Assembly: GCA_964057225.1 (NCBI GenBank)
Contig: CAXKVF010000093.1
Location: 78,780 to 142,779, forward strand
Reading direction: 5' to 3'
From: Auanema rhodensis
Taxonomy: Eukaryota; Animalia; Nematoda
DNA length: 64,000 nt
Positions 1 to 13,200 of this stretch are shown here, piece after piece. The notes beneath the pieces are model-generated. The model saw only the letters and a list, made by a program, of their open reading frames with translations, searched no databases and was not told where the DNA came from. Positions within the stretch are counted from its first letter, which is position 1, and every line of letters starts with the position of its first letter. Both the position numbers and the translations under genes were made by a program.

Positions 1-1056
1 CAAGTGCACATCACGTGTACATTTAATTAGCATAAATTAAAGTTCACGTAAATTTCAAAGTCATGGTTACCATGCACCAATATCAATAAAAATTTGTTTT
101 TAAACTAATATGGACATGGGGAATCTAATTTTGAAAACCGCATCTCTTTATCTTTCACGTGAAGCGAGTTACATACCAAGTGCACATCACGTGTACATTT
201 AATTAGCATAAATTAAAGTTCACGTAAATTTCAAAGTCATGGTTACCATGCACCAATATGAATAAAAATTTGTTTTTAGACTAATATGGACATGGGGAAT
301 CTAATTTTGAAAACCGCATCTCCTTATCTTTCACGTGAAGCGAGTTACATACCAAGTGCACATCACGTGTACATTTAATTAGCATAAATTAAAGTTCACG
401 TAAATTTCAAAGTCATGGTTACCATGCACCAATATCAATAAAAATTTGTTTTTAGACTAATATGGACATGGGGAATCTAATTTTGAAAACCGCATCTCTT
501 TATCTTTCACGTGAAGCGAGTTACATACCAAGTGCACATCACGTGTACATTTAATTAGCATTAATTAAAGTTCACGTAAATTTCAAAGTCATGGTTACCA
601 TGAACCAATATCAATAAAAATTTGTTTTTAGACTAATATGGACATGGGGAATCAAATTTTGAAAACCGCATCTCTTTATCTTTCACGTGAAGCGAGTTAC
701 ATACCAAGTGCACATCACGTGTACATTTAATTAGCATAAATTAAAGTTCACGTAAATTTCAAAGTCATGGTTACCATGAACCAATATCAATAAAAATTTG
801 TTTTTAGACTAATATGGACATGGGGAATCTAATTTTGAAAACCGCATCTCTTTATCTTTCACGTGAAGCGAGTTACATACCAAGTGCACATCACGTGTAC
901 ATTTAATTAGCATAAATTAAAGTTCACGTAAATTTCAAAGTCATGGTTACCATGCACCAATATCAATAAAAATTTGTTTTTAGACTAATATGGACATGGG
1001 GAATCTAATTTTGAAAACCGCATCTCTTTATCTTTCACGTGAAGCGAGTTACATAC

Positions 1057-1253
1057 CAAGTGCACATCACGTGTACATTTAATTAGCATAAATTAAAGTT
1101 CACGTAAATTTCAAAGTCATGGTTACCATGCACCAATATCAATAAAAATTTGTTTTTAGACTAATATGGACATGGGGAATCTAATTTTGAAAACCGCATC
1201 TCTTCATCTTTCACGTGAAGCGAGTTACATACCAAGTGAAGCGAGTTACATAC
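1057..1253 (+). repeat. 197-bp variant monomer (T149C plus 21-bp tandem duplication AAGCGAGTTACATACCAAGTG); first of 25 copies
   Basis: Junction CAAGTGAAGC seen at 1233, 6006, 7259, 8688, 11173, 11898, 23276, 24529, 29925, 31178, 32255, 33684, 34585, 35662, 37091, 39576, 40301, 42786, 43511, 46876, 51297, 52550, 53979, 56464, 57189. The spacings checked fit n x 176 + 21 (725, 901, 1077, 1253, 1429, 2485, 4773). Confidence 0.95.
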
Positions 1254-4200
1254 CAAGTGCACATCACGTGTACATTTAATTAGCATAAATTAAAGTTCAC
1301 GTAAATTTCAAAGTCATGGTTACCATGAACCAATATCAATAAAAATTTGTTTTTAGACTAATATGGACATGGGGAATCTAATTTTGAAAACCGCATCTCT
1401 TTATCTTTCACGTGAAGCGAGTTACATACCAAGTGCACATCACGTGTACATTTAATTAGCATAAATTAAAGTTCACGTAACTTTCAAAGTCATGGTTACC
1501 ATGCACCAATATCAATAAAAATTTGTTTTTAGACTAATATGGACATGGGGAATCTAATTTTGAAAACCGCATCTCTTTATCATTCACGTGAAGCGAGTTA
1601 CATACCAAGTGCACATCACGTGTACATTTAATTAGCATAAATTAAAGTTCACGTAAATTTCAAAGTCATGGTTACCATGCACCAATATCAATAAAAATTT
1701 GTTTTTAGACTAATATGGACATGGGGAATCTAATTTTGAAAACCGCATCTCTTTATCTTTCACGTGAAGCGAGTTACATACCAAGTGCACATCACGTGTA
1801 CATTTAATTAGCATAAATTAAAGTTCACGTAAATTTGAAAGTCATGGTTACCATGAACCAATATCAATAAAAATTTGTTTTTAGACTAATATGGACATGG
1901 GGAATCTAATTTTGAAAACCGCATCTCTTTATCTTTCACGTGAAGCGAGTTACATACCAAGTGCACATCACGTGTACATTTAATTAGCATAAATTAAAGT
2001 TCACGTAAATTTCAAAGTCATGGTTACCATGAACCAATATCAATAAAAATTTGTTTTTAGACTAATATGGACATGGGGAATCTAATTTTGAAAACCGCAT
2101 CTCTTTATCTTTCACGTGAAGCGAGTTACATACCAAGTGCACATCACGTGTACATTTAATTAGCATAAATTAAAGTTCACGTAAATTTCAAAGTCATGGT
2201 TACCATGCACCAATATCAATAAAAATTTGTTTTTAAACTAATATGGACATGGGGAATCTAATTTTGAAAACCGCATCTCTTTATCTTTCACGTGAAGCGA
2301 GTTACATACCAAGTGCACATCACGTGTACATTTAATTAGCATAAATTAAAGTTCACGTAAATTTCAAAGTCATGGTTACCATGCACCAATATCAATAAAA
2401 ATTTGTTTTTAGACTAATATGGACATGGGGAATCTAATTTTGAAAACCGCATCTCTTTATCTTTCACGTGAAGCGAGTTACATACCAAGTGCACATCACG
2501 TGTACATTTAATTAGCATAAATTAAAGTTCACGTAAATTTCAAAGTCATGGTTACCATGAACCAATATCAATAAAAATTTGTTTTTAGACTAATATGGAC
2601 ATGGGGAATCTAATTTTGAAAACCGCATCTCTTTATCTTTCACGTGAAGCGAGTTACATACCAAGTGCACATCACGTGTACATTTAATTAGCATAAATTA
2701 AAGTTCACGTAAATTTCAAAGTCATGGTTACCATGCACCAATATCAATAAAAATTTGTTTTTAGACTAATATGGACATGGGGAATCTAATTTTGAAAACC
2801 GCATCTCTTTATCTTTCACGTGAAGCGAGTTACATACCAAGTGCACATCACGTGTACATTTAATTAGCATAAATTAAAGTTCACGTAAATTTCAAAGTCA
2901 TGGTTACCATGCACCAATATCAATAAAAATTTGTTTTTAAACTAATATGGACATGGGGAATCTAATTTTGAAAACCGCATCTCCTTATCTTTCACGTGAA
3001 GCGAGTTACATACCAAGTGCACATCACGTGTACATTTAATTAGCATAAATTAAAGTTCACGTAAATTTCAAAGTCATGGTTACCATGCACCAATATCAAT
3101 AAAAATTTGTTTTTAGACTAATATGGACATGGGGAATCTAATTTTGAAAACCGCATCTTTTTATCTTTCACGTGAAGCGAGTTACATACCAAGTGCACAT
3201 CACGTGTACATTTAATTAGCATTAATTAAAGTTCACGTAAATTTCAAAGTCATGGTTACCATGAACCAATATCAATAAAAATTTGTTTTTAGACTAATAT
3301 GGACATGGGGAATCTAATTTTGAAAACCGCATCTCTTTATCTTTCACGTGAAGCGAGTTACATACCAAGTGCACATCACGTGTACATTTAATTAGCATAA
3401 ATTAAAGTTCACGTAAATTTCAAAGTCATGGTTACCATGAACCAATATCAATAAAAATTTGTTTTTAGACTAATATGGACATGGGGAATCTAATTTTGAA
3501 AACCGCATCTCTTTATCTTTCACGTGAAGCGAGTTACATACCAAGTGCACATCACGTGTACATTTAATTAGCATAAATTAAAGTTCACGTAAATTTCAAA
3601 GTCATGGTTACCATGCACCAATATCAATAAAAATTTGTTTTTAGACTAATATGGACATGGGGAATCTAATTTTGAAAACCGCATCTCTTTATCTTTCACG
3701 TGAAGCGAGTTACATACCAAGTGCACATCACGTGTACATTTAATTAGCATAAATTAAAGTTCACGTAAATTTCAAAGTCATGGTTACCATGCACCAATAT
3801 CAATAAAAATTTGTTTTTAAACTAATATGGACATGGGGAATCTAATTTTGAAAACCGCATCTCTTTATCTTTCACGTGAAGCGAGTTACATACCAAGTGC
3901 ACATCACGTGTACATTTAATTAGCATAAATTAAAGTTCACGTAAATTTCAAAGTCATGGTTACCATGCACCAATATGAATAAAAATTTGTTTTTAGACTA
4001 ATATGGACATGGGGAATCTAATTTTGAAAACCGCATCTCCTTATCTTTCACGTGAAGCGAGTTACATACCAAGTGCACATCACGTGTACATTTAATTAGC
4101 ATAAATTAAAGTTCACGTAAATTTCAAAGTCATGGTTACCATGCACCAATATCAATAAAAATTTGTTTTTAGACTAATATGGACATGGGGAATCTAATTT

Positions 4201-7200
4201 TGAAAACCGCATCTCTTTATCTTTCACGTGAAGCGAGTTACATACCAAGTGCACATCACGTGTACATTTAATTAGCATTAATTAAAGTTCACGTAAATTT
4301 CAAAGTCATGGTTACCATGAACCAATATCAATAAAAATTTGTTTTTAGACTAATATGGACATGGGGAATCTAATTTTGAAAACCGCATCTCTTTATCTTT
4401 CACGTGAAGCGAGTTACATACCAAGTGCACATCACGTGTACATTTAATTAGCATAAATTAAAGTTCACGTAAATTTCAAAGTCATGGTTACCATGCACCA
4501 ATATCAATAAAAATTTGTTTTTAGACTAATATGGACATGGGGAATCTAATTTTGACAACCGCATCTCTTTATCTTTCACGTGAAGCGAGTTACATACTAA
4601 GTGCACATCACGTGTACATTTAATTAGCATAAATTAAAGTTCACGTAAATTTCAAAGTCATGGTTACCATGAACCAATATCAATAAAAATTTGTTTTTAG
4701 ACTAATATGGACATGGGGAATCTAATTTTGAAAACCGCATCTCTTTATCTTTCACGTGAAGCGAGTTACATACCAAGTGCACATCACGTGTACATTTAAT
4801 TAGCATAAATTAAAGTTCACGTAAATTTCAAAGTCATGGTTACCATGAACCAATATCAATAAAAATTTGTTTTTAGACTAATATGGACATGGGGAATCTA
4901 ATATTGAAAACCGCATCTCTTTATCTTTCACGTGAAGCGAGTTACATACCAAGTGCACATCACGTGTACATTTAATTAGCATAAATTAAAGTTCACGTAA
5001 CTTTCAAAGTCATGGTTACCATGCACCAATATCAATAAAAATTTGTTTTTAGACTAATATGGACATGGGGAATCTAATTTTGAAAACCGCATCTCTTTAT
5101 CTTTCACGTGAAGCGAGTTACATACCAAGTGCACATCACGTGTACATTTAATTAGCATAAATTAAAGTTCACGTAAATTTCAAAGTCATGGTTACCATGC
5201 ACCAATATCAATAAAAATTTGTTTTTAGACTAATATGGACATGGGGAATCTAATTTTGAAAACCGCATCTCTTTATCTTTCACGTGAAGCGAGTTACATA
5301 CCAAGTGCACATCACGTGTACATTTAATTAGCATAAATTAAAGTTCACGTAAATTTCAAAGTCATGGTTACCATGAACCAATATCAATAAAAATTTGTTT
5401 TTAGACTAATATGGACATGGGGAATCTAATTTTGAAAACCGCATCTCTTTATCTTTCACGTGAAGCGAGTTACATACCAAGTGCACATCACGTGTACATT
5501 TAATTAGCATAAATTAAAGTTCACGTAAATTTCAAAGTCATGGTTACCATGCACCAATATCAATAAAAATTTGTTTTTAGACTAATATGGACATGGGGAA
5601 TCTAATTTTGAAAACCGCATCTCTTTATCTTTCACGTGAAGCGAGTTACATACCAAGTGCACATCACGTGTACATTTAATTAGCATAAATTAAAGTTCAC
5701 GTAAATTTCAAAGTCATGGTTACCATGCACCAATATCAATAAAAATTTGTTTTTAGACTAATATGGACATGGGGAATCTAATTTTGAAAACCGCATCTCT
5801 TTATCTTTCACGTGAAGCGAGTTACATACCAAGTGCACATCACGTGTACATTTAATTAGCATAAATTAAAGTTCACGTAAATTTCAAAGTCATGGTTACC
5901 ATGCACCAATATCAATAAAAATTTGTTTTTAGACTAATATGGACATGGGGAATCTAATTTTGAAAACCGCATCTCTTCATCTTTCACGTGAAGCGAGTTA
6001 CATACCAAGTGAAGCGAGTTACATACCAAGTGCACATCACGTGTACATTTAATTAGCATAAATTAAAGTTCACGTAAATTTCAAAGTCATGGTTACCATG
6101 CACCAATATCAATAAAAATTTGTTTTTAGACTAATATGGACATGGGGAATCTAATTTTGAAAACCGCATCTCTTTATCTTTCACGTGAAGCGAGTTACAT
6201 ACCAAGTGCACATCACGTGTACATTTAATTAGCATAAATTAAAGTTCACGTAAATTTCAAAGTCATGGTTACCATGAACCAATATCAATAAAAATTTGTT
6301 TTTAGACTAATATGGACATGGGGAATCTAATTTTGAAAACCGCATCTCTTTATCTTTCACGTGAAGCGAGTTACATACCAAGTGCACATCACGTGTACAT
6401 TTAATTAGCATTAATTAAAGTTCACGTAAATTTCAAAGTCATGGTTACCATGAACCAATATCAATAAAAATTTGTTTTTAGACTAATATGGACATGGGGA
6501 ATCTAATTTTGAAAATCGCATCTCTTTATCTTTCACGTGAAGCGAGTTACATACCAAGTGCACATCACGTGTACATTTAATTAGCATAAATTAAAGTTCA
6601 CGTAAATTTCAAAGTCATGGTTACCATGAACCAATATCAATAAAAATTTGTTTTTAGACTAATATGGACATGGGGAATCTAATTTTGAAAACCGCATCTC
6701 TTTATCTTTCACGTGAAGCGAGTTACATACCAAGTGCACATCACGTGTACATTTAATTAGCATAAATTAAAGTTCACGTAAATTTCAAAGTCATGGTTAC
6801 CATGCACCAATATCAATAAAAATTTGTTTTTAGACTAATATGGACATGGGGAATCTAATTTTGAAAACCGCATCTCTTTATCTTTCACGTGAAGCGAGTT
6901 ACATACCAAGTGCACATCACGTGTACATTTAATTAGCATAAATTAAAGTTCACGTAAATTTCAAAGTCATGGTTACCATGCACCAATATCAATAAAAATT
7001 TGTTTTTAGACTAATATGGACATGGGGAATCTAATTTTGAAAACCGCATCTCTTTATCTTTCACGTGAAGCGAGTTACATACCAAGTGCACATCACGTGT
7101 ACATTTAATTAGCATAAATTAAAGTTCACGTAAATTTCAAAGTCATGGTTACCATGCACCAATATCAATAAAAATTTGTTTTTAGACTAATATGGACATG

Positions 7201-10200
7201 GGGAATCTAATTTTGAAAACCGCATCTCTTCATCTTTCACGTGAAGCGAGTTACATACCAAGTGAAGCGAGTTACATACCAAGTGCACATCACGTGTACA
7301 TTTAATTAGCATAAATTAAAGTTCACGTAAATTTCAAAGTCATGGTTACCATGCACCAATATCAATAAAAATTTGTTTTTAGACTAATATGGACATGGGG
7401 AATCTAATTTTGAAAACCGCATCTCTTTATCTTTCACGTGAAGCGAGTTACATACCAAGTGCACATCACGTGTACATTTAATTAGCATAAATTAAAGTTC
7501 ACGTAAATTTCAAAGTCATGGTTACCATGAACCAATATCAATAAAAATTTGTTTTTAGACTAATATGGACATGGGGAATCTAATTTTGAAAACCGCATCT
7601 CTTTATCTTTCACGTGAAGCGAGTTACATACCAAGTGCACATCACGTGTACATTTAATTAGCATTAATTAAAGTTCACGTAAATTTCAAAGTCATGGTTA
7701 CCATGAACCAATATCAATAAAAATTTGTTTTTAGACTTATATGGACATGGGGAATCTAATTTTGAAAACCGCATCTCTTTATCTTTCACGTGAAGCGAGT
7801 TACATACCAAGTGCACATCAAGTGTACATTTAATTAGCATAAATTAAAGTTCACGTAAATTTCAAAGTCATGGTTACCATGAACCAATATCAATAAAAAT
7901 TTGTTTTTAGACTAATATGGACATGGGGAATCTAATTTTGAAAACCGCATCTCTTTATCTTTCACGTGAAGCGAGTTACATACCAAGTGCACATCACGTG
8001 TACATTTAATTAGCATAAATTAAAGTTCACGTAAATTTCAAAGTCATGGTTACCATGCACCAATATCAATAAAAATTTGTTTTTAGACTAATATGGACAT
8101 GGGGAATCTAATTTTGAAAACCGCATCTCTTTATCTTTCACGTGAAGCGAGTTACATACCAAGTGCACATCACGTGTACATTTAATTAGCATAAATTAAA
8201 GTTCACGTAAATTTCAAAGTCATGGTTACCATGCACCAATATCAATAAAAATTTGTTTTTAGACTAATATGGACATGGGGAATCTAATTTTGAAAACCGC
8301 ATCTCTTTATCTTTCACGTGAAGCGAGTTACATACCAAGTGCACATCACGTGTACATTTAATTAGCATAAATTAAAGTTCACGTAAATTTCAAAGTCATG
8401 GTTACCATGCACCAATATCAATAAAAATTTGTTTTTAGACTAATATGGACATGGGGAATCTAATTTTGAAAACCGCATCTCTTTATCTTTGACGTGAAGC
8501 GAGTTACATACCAAGTGCACATCACGTGTACATTTAATTAGCATAAATTAAAGTTCACGTAAATTTCAAAGTCATGGTTACCATGCACCAATATCAATAA
8601 AAATTTGTTTTTAGACTAATATGGACATGGGGAATCTAATTTTGAAAACCGCATCTCTTCATCTTTCACGTGAAGCGAGTTACATACCAAGTGAAGCGAG
8701 TTACATACCAAGTGCACATCACGTGTACATTTAATTAGCATAAATTAAAGTTCACGTAAATTTCAAAGTCATGGTTACCATGCACCAATATCAATAAAAA
8801 TTTGTTTTTAGACTAATATGGACATGGGGAATCTGATTTTGAAAACCGCATCTCTTTATCTTTCACGTGAAGCGAGTTACATACCAAGTGCACATCACGT
8901 GTACATTTAATTAGCATAAATTAAAGTTCACGTAAATTTCAAAGTCATGGTTACCATGAACCAATATCAATAAAAATTTGTTTTTAGACTAATATGGACA
9001 TGGGGAATCTAATTTTGAAAACCGCATCTCTTTATCTTTCACGTGAAGCGAGTTACATACCAAGTGCACATCACGTGTACATTTAATTAGCATTAATTAA
9101 AGTTCACGTAAATTTCAAAGTCATGGTTACCATGAACCAATATCAATAAAAATTTGTTTTTAGACTAATATGGACATGGGGAATCTAATTTTGAAAACCG
9201 CATCTCTTTATCTTTCACGTGAAGCGAGTTACATACCAAGTGCACATCACGTGTACATTTAATTAGCATAAATTAAAGTTCACGTAAATTTCAAAGTCAT
9301 GGTTACCATGAACCAATATCAATAAAAATTTGTTTTTAGACTAATATGGACATGGGGAATCTAATTTTGAAAACCGCATCTCTTTATCTTTCACGTGAAG
9401 CGAGTTACATACCAAGTGCACATCACGTGTACATTTAATTAGCATAAATTAAAGTTCACGTAAATTTCAAAGTCATGGTTACCATGCACCAATATCAATA
9501 AAAATTTGTTTTTAGACTAATATGGACATGGGGAATCTAATTTTGAAAACCGCATCTCTTTATCTTTCACGTGAAGCGAGTTACATACTAAGTGCACATC
9601 ACGTGTACATTTAATTAGCATAAATTAAAGTTCACGTAAATTTCAAAGTCATGGTTACCATGAACCAATATCAATAAAAATTTGTTTTTAGACTAATATG
9701 GACATGGGGAATCTAATATTGAAAACCGCATCTCTTTATCTTTCACGTGAAGCGAGTTACATACCAAGTGCACATCACGTGTACATTTAATTAGCATAAA
9801 TTAAAGTTCACGTAAATTTCAAAGTCATGGTTACCATGAACCAATATCAATAAAAATTTGTTTTTAGACTAATATGGACATGGGGAATCTAATATTGAAA
9901 ACCGCATCTCTTTATCTTTCACGTGAAGCGAGTTACATACCAAGTGCACATCACGTGTACATTTAATTAGCATAAATTAAAGTTCACGTAACTTTCAAAG
10001 TCATGGTTACCATGCACCAATATCAATAAAAATTTGTTTTTAGACTAATATGGACATGGGGAATCTAATTTTGAAAACCGCATCTCTTTATCTTTCACGT
10101 GAAGCGAGTTACATACCAAGTGCACATCACGTGTACATTTAATTAGCATAAATTAAAGTTCACGTAAATTTCAAAGTCATGGTTACCATGCACCAATATC

Positions 10201-13200
10201 AATAAAAATTTGTTTTTAGACTAATATGGACATGGGGAATCTAATTTTGAAAACCGCATCTCTTTATCTTTCACGTGAAGCGAGTTACATACCAAGTGCA
10301 CATCACGTGTACATTTAATTAGCATAAATTAAAGTTCACGTAAATTTCAAAGTCATGGTTACCATGAACCAATATCAATAAAAATTTGTTTTTAGACTAA
10401 TATGGACATGGGGAATCTAATTTTGAAAACCGCATCTCTTTATCTTTCACGTGAAGCGAGTTACATACCAAGTGCACATCACGTGTACATTTAATTAGCA
10501 TAAATTAAAGTTCACGTAAATTTCAAAGTCATGGTTACCATGCACCAATATCAATAAAAATTTGTTTTTAGACTAATATGGACATGGGGAATCTAATTTT
10601 GAAAACCGCATCTCTTTATCTTTCACGTGAAGCGAGTTACATACCAAGTGCACATCACGTGTACATTTAATTAGCATAAATTAAAGTTCACGTAAATTTC
10701 AAAGTCATGGTTACCATGCACCAATATCAATAAAAATTTGTTTTTAGACTAATATGGACATGGGGAATCTAATTTTGAAAACCGCATCTCTTTATCTTAC
10801 ACGTGAAGCGAGTTACATACCAAGTGCACATCACGTGTACATTTAATTAGCATAAATTAAAGTTCACGTAAATTTCAAAGTCATGGTTACCATGCACCAA
10901 TATCAATAAAAATTTGTTTTTAGACTAATATGGACATGGGGAATCTAATTTTGAAAACCGCATCTCTTTATCTTTCACGTGAAGCGAGTTACATACCAAG
11001 TGCACATCACGTGTACATTTAATTAGCATAAATTAAAGTTCACGTAAATTTCAAAGTCATGGTTACCATGCACCAATATCAATAAAAATTTGTTTTTAGA
11101 CTAATATGGACATGGGGAATCTAATTTTGAAAACCGCATCTCTTCATCTTTCACGTGAAGCGAGTTACATACCAAGTGAAGCGAGTTACATACCAAGTGC
11201 ACATCACGTGTACATTTAATTAGCATAAATTAAAGTTCACGTAAATTTCAAAGTCATGGTTACCATGCACCAATATCAATAAAAATTTGTTTTTAGACTA
11301 ATATGGACATGGGGAATCTAATTTTGAAAACCGCATCTCTTTATCTTTCACGTGAAGCGAGTTACATACCAAGTGCACATCACGTGTACATTTAATTAGC
11401 ATAAATTAAAGTTCACGTAAATTTCAAAGTCATGGTTACCATGAACCAATATCAATAAAAATTTGTTTTTAGACTAATATGGACATGGGGAATCTAATTT
11501 TGAAAACCGCATCTCTTTATCTTTCACGTGAAGCGAGTTACATACCAAGTGCACATCACGTGTACATTTAATTAGCATAAATTAAAGTTCACGTAAATTT
11601 CAAAGTCATGGTTACCATGCACCAATATCAATAAAAATTTGTTTTTAGACTAATATGGACATGGGGAATCTAATTTTGAAAACCGCATCTCTTTATCTTT
11701 CACGTGAAGCGAGTTACATACCAAGTGCACATCACGTGTACATTTAATTAGCATAAATTAAAGTTCACGTAAATTTCAAAGTCATGGTTACCATGCACCA
11801 ATATCAATAAAAATTTGTTTTTAGACTAATATGGACATGGGGAATCTAATTTTGAGAACCGCATCTCTTCATCTTTCACGTGAAGCGAGTTACATACCAA
11901 GTGAAGCGAGTTACATACCAAGTGCACATCACGTGTACATTTAATTAGCATAAATTAAAGTTCACGTAAATTTCAAAGTCATGGTTACCATGAACCAATA
12001 TCAATAAAAATTTGTTTTTAGACTAATATGGACATGGGGAATCTAATTTTGAAAACCGCATCTCTTTATCTTTCACGTGAAGCGAGTTACATACCAAGTG
12101 CACATCACGTGTACATTTAATTAGCATAAATTAAAGTTCACGTAACTTTCAAAGTCATGGTTACCATGCACCAATATCAATAAAAATTTGTTTTTAGACT
12201 AATATGGACATGGGGAATCTAATTTTGAAAACCGCATCTCTTTATCATTCACGTGAAGCGAGTTACATACCAAGTGCACATCACGTGTACATTTAATTAG
12301 CATAAATTAAAGTTCACGTAAATTTCAAAGTCATGGTTACCATGCACCAATATCAATAAAAATTTGTTTTTAGACTAATATGGACATGGGGAATCTAATT
12401 TTGAAAACCGCATCTCTTTATCTTTCACGTGAAGCGAGTTACATACCAAGTGCACATCACGTGTACATTTAATTAGCATAAATTAAAGTTCACGTAAATT
12501 TGAAAGTCATGGTTACCATGCACCAATGTCAATAAAAATTTGTTTTTAGACTAATATGGACATGGGGAATCTAATTTTGCAAACCGCATCTCTTCATCTT
12601 TCACGTGAAGCGAGTTACATACCAAGTGCACATCACGTGTACATTTAATTAGCATAAATTAAAGTTCACGTAAATTTCAAAGTCATGGTTACCATGCACC
12701 AATATCAATAAAAATTTGTTTTTAGACTAATATGGACATGGGGAATCTAATTTTGAAAACCGCATCTCTTTATCTTTCACGTGAAGCGAGTTACATACCA
12801 AGTGCACATCACGTGCACATTTAATTAGCATAAATTAAAGTTCACGTAAATTTCAAAGTCATGGTTACCATGAACCAATATCAATAAAAATTTGTTTTTA
12901 GACTAATATGGACATGGGGAATCTAATTTTGAAAACCGCATCTCTTTATCTTTCACGTGAAGAGAGTTACATACCAAGTGCACATCACGTGTACATTTAA
13001 TTAGCATAAATTAAAGTTCACGTAAATTTCAAAGTCATGGTTACCATGCACCAATATCAATAAAAATTTGTTTTTAGACTAATATGGACATGGGGAATCT
13101 AATTTTGAAAACCACATCTCTTTATCTTTCACGTGAAGCGAGTTACATACCAAGTGCACATCACGTGTACATTTAATTAGCATAAATTAAAGTTCACGTA

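Noticed and set aside
85-90. AATAAA polyadenylation signal in each monomer
   Set aside because: Expected by chance at 68% AT, and there is no associated gene or transcript evidence.
10-140. Yeast-type point centromere (CDEI-CDEII-CDEIII)
   Set aside because: The CDEI-like octamer and a downstream CCG are present, but the intervening DNA is far from the >90% AT of CDEII, the spacing is too long, and point centromeres are single-copy.
1-176. Assignment to a named 176-bp satellite (Brassica CentBr, honeybee AluI) or alpha satellite
   Set aside because: Only the length is similar. The consensus has no HindIII or AluI (AGCT) site and no CENP-B box, and I do not recognise the sequence. A BLAST/Dfam/Repbase search is needed.
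1-176. Tandem 5S rRNA, tRNA, snRNA or spliced-leader gene array
   Set aside because: No recognisable 5S or tRNA sequence, cloverleaf or Pol III A/B/C boxes. The AATTTTGA (127-134) resemblance to an Sm site is too short to count in AT-rich DNA. An Rfam scan would settle it.
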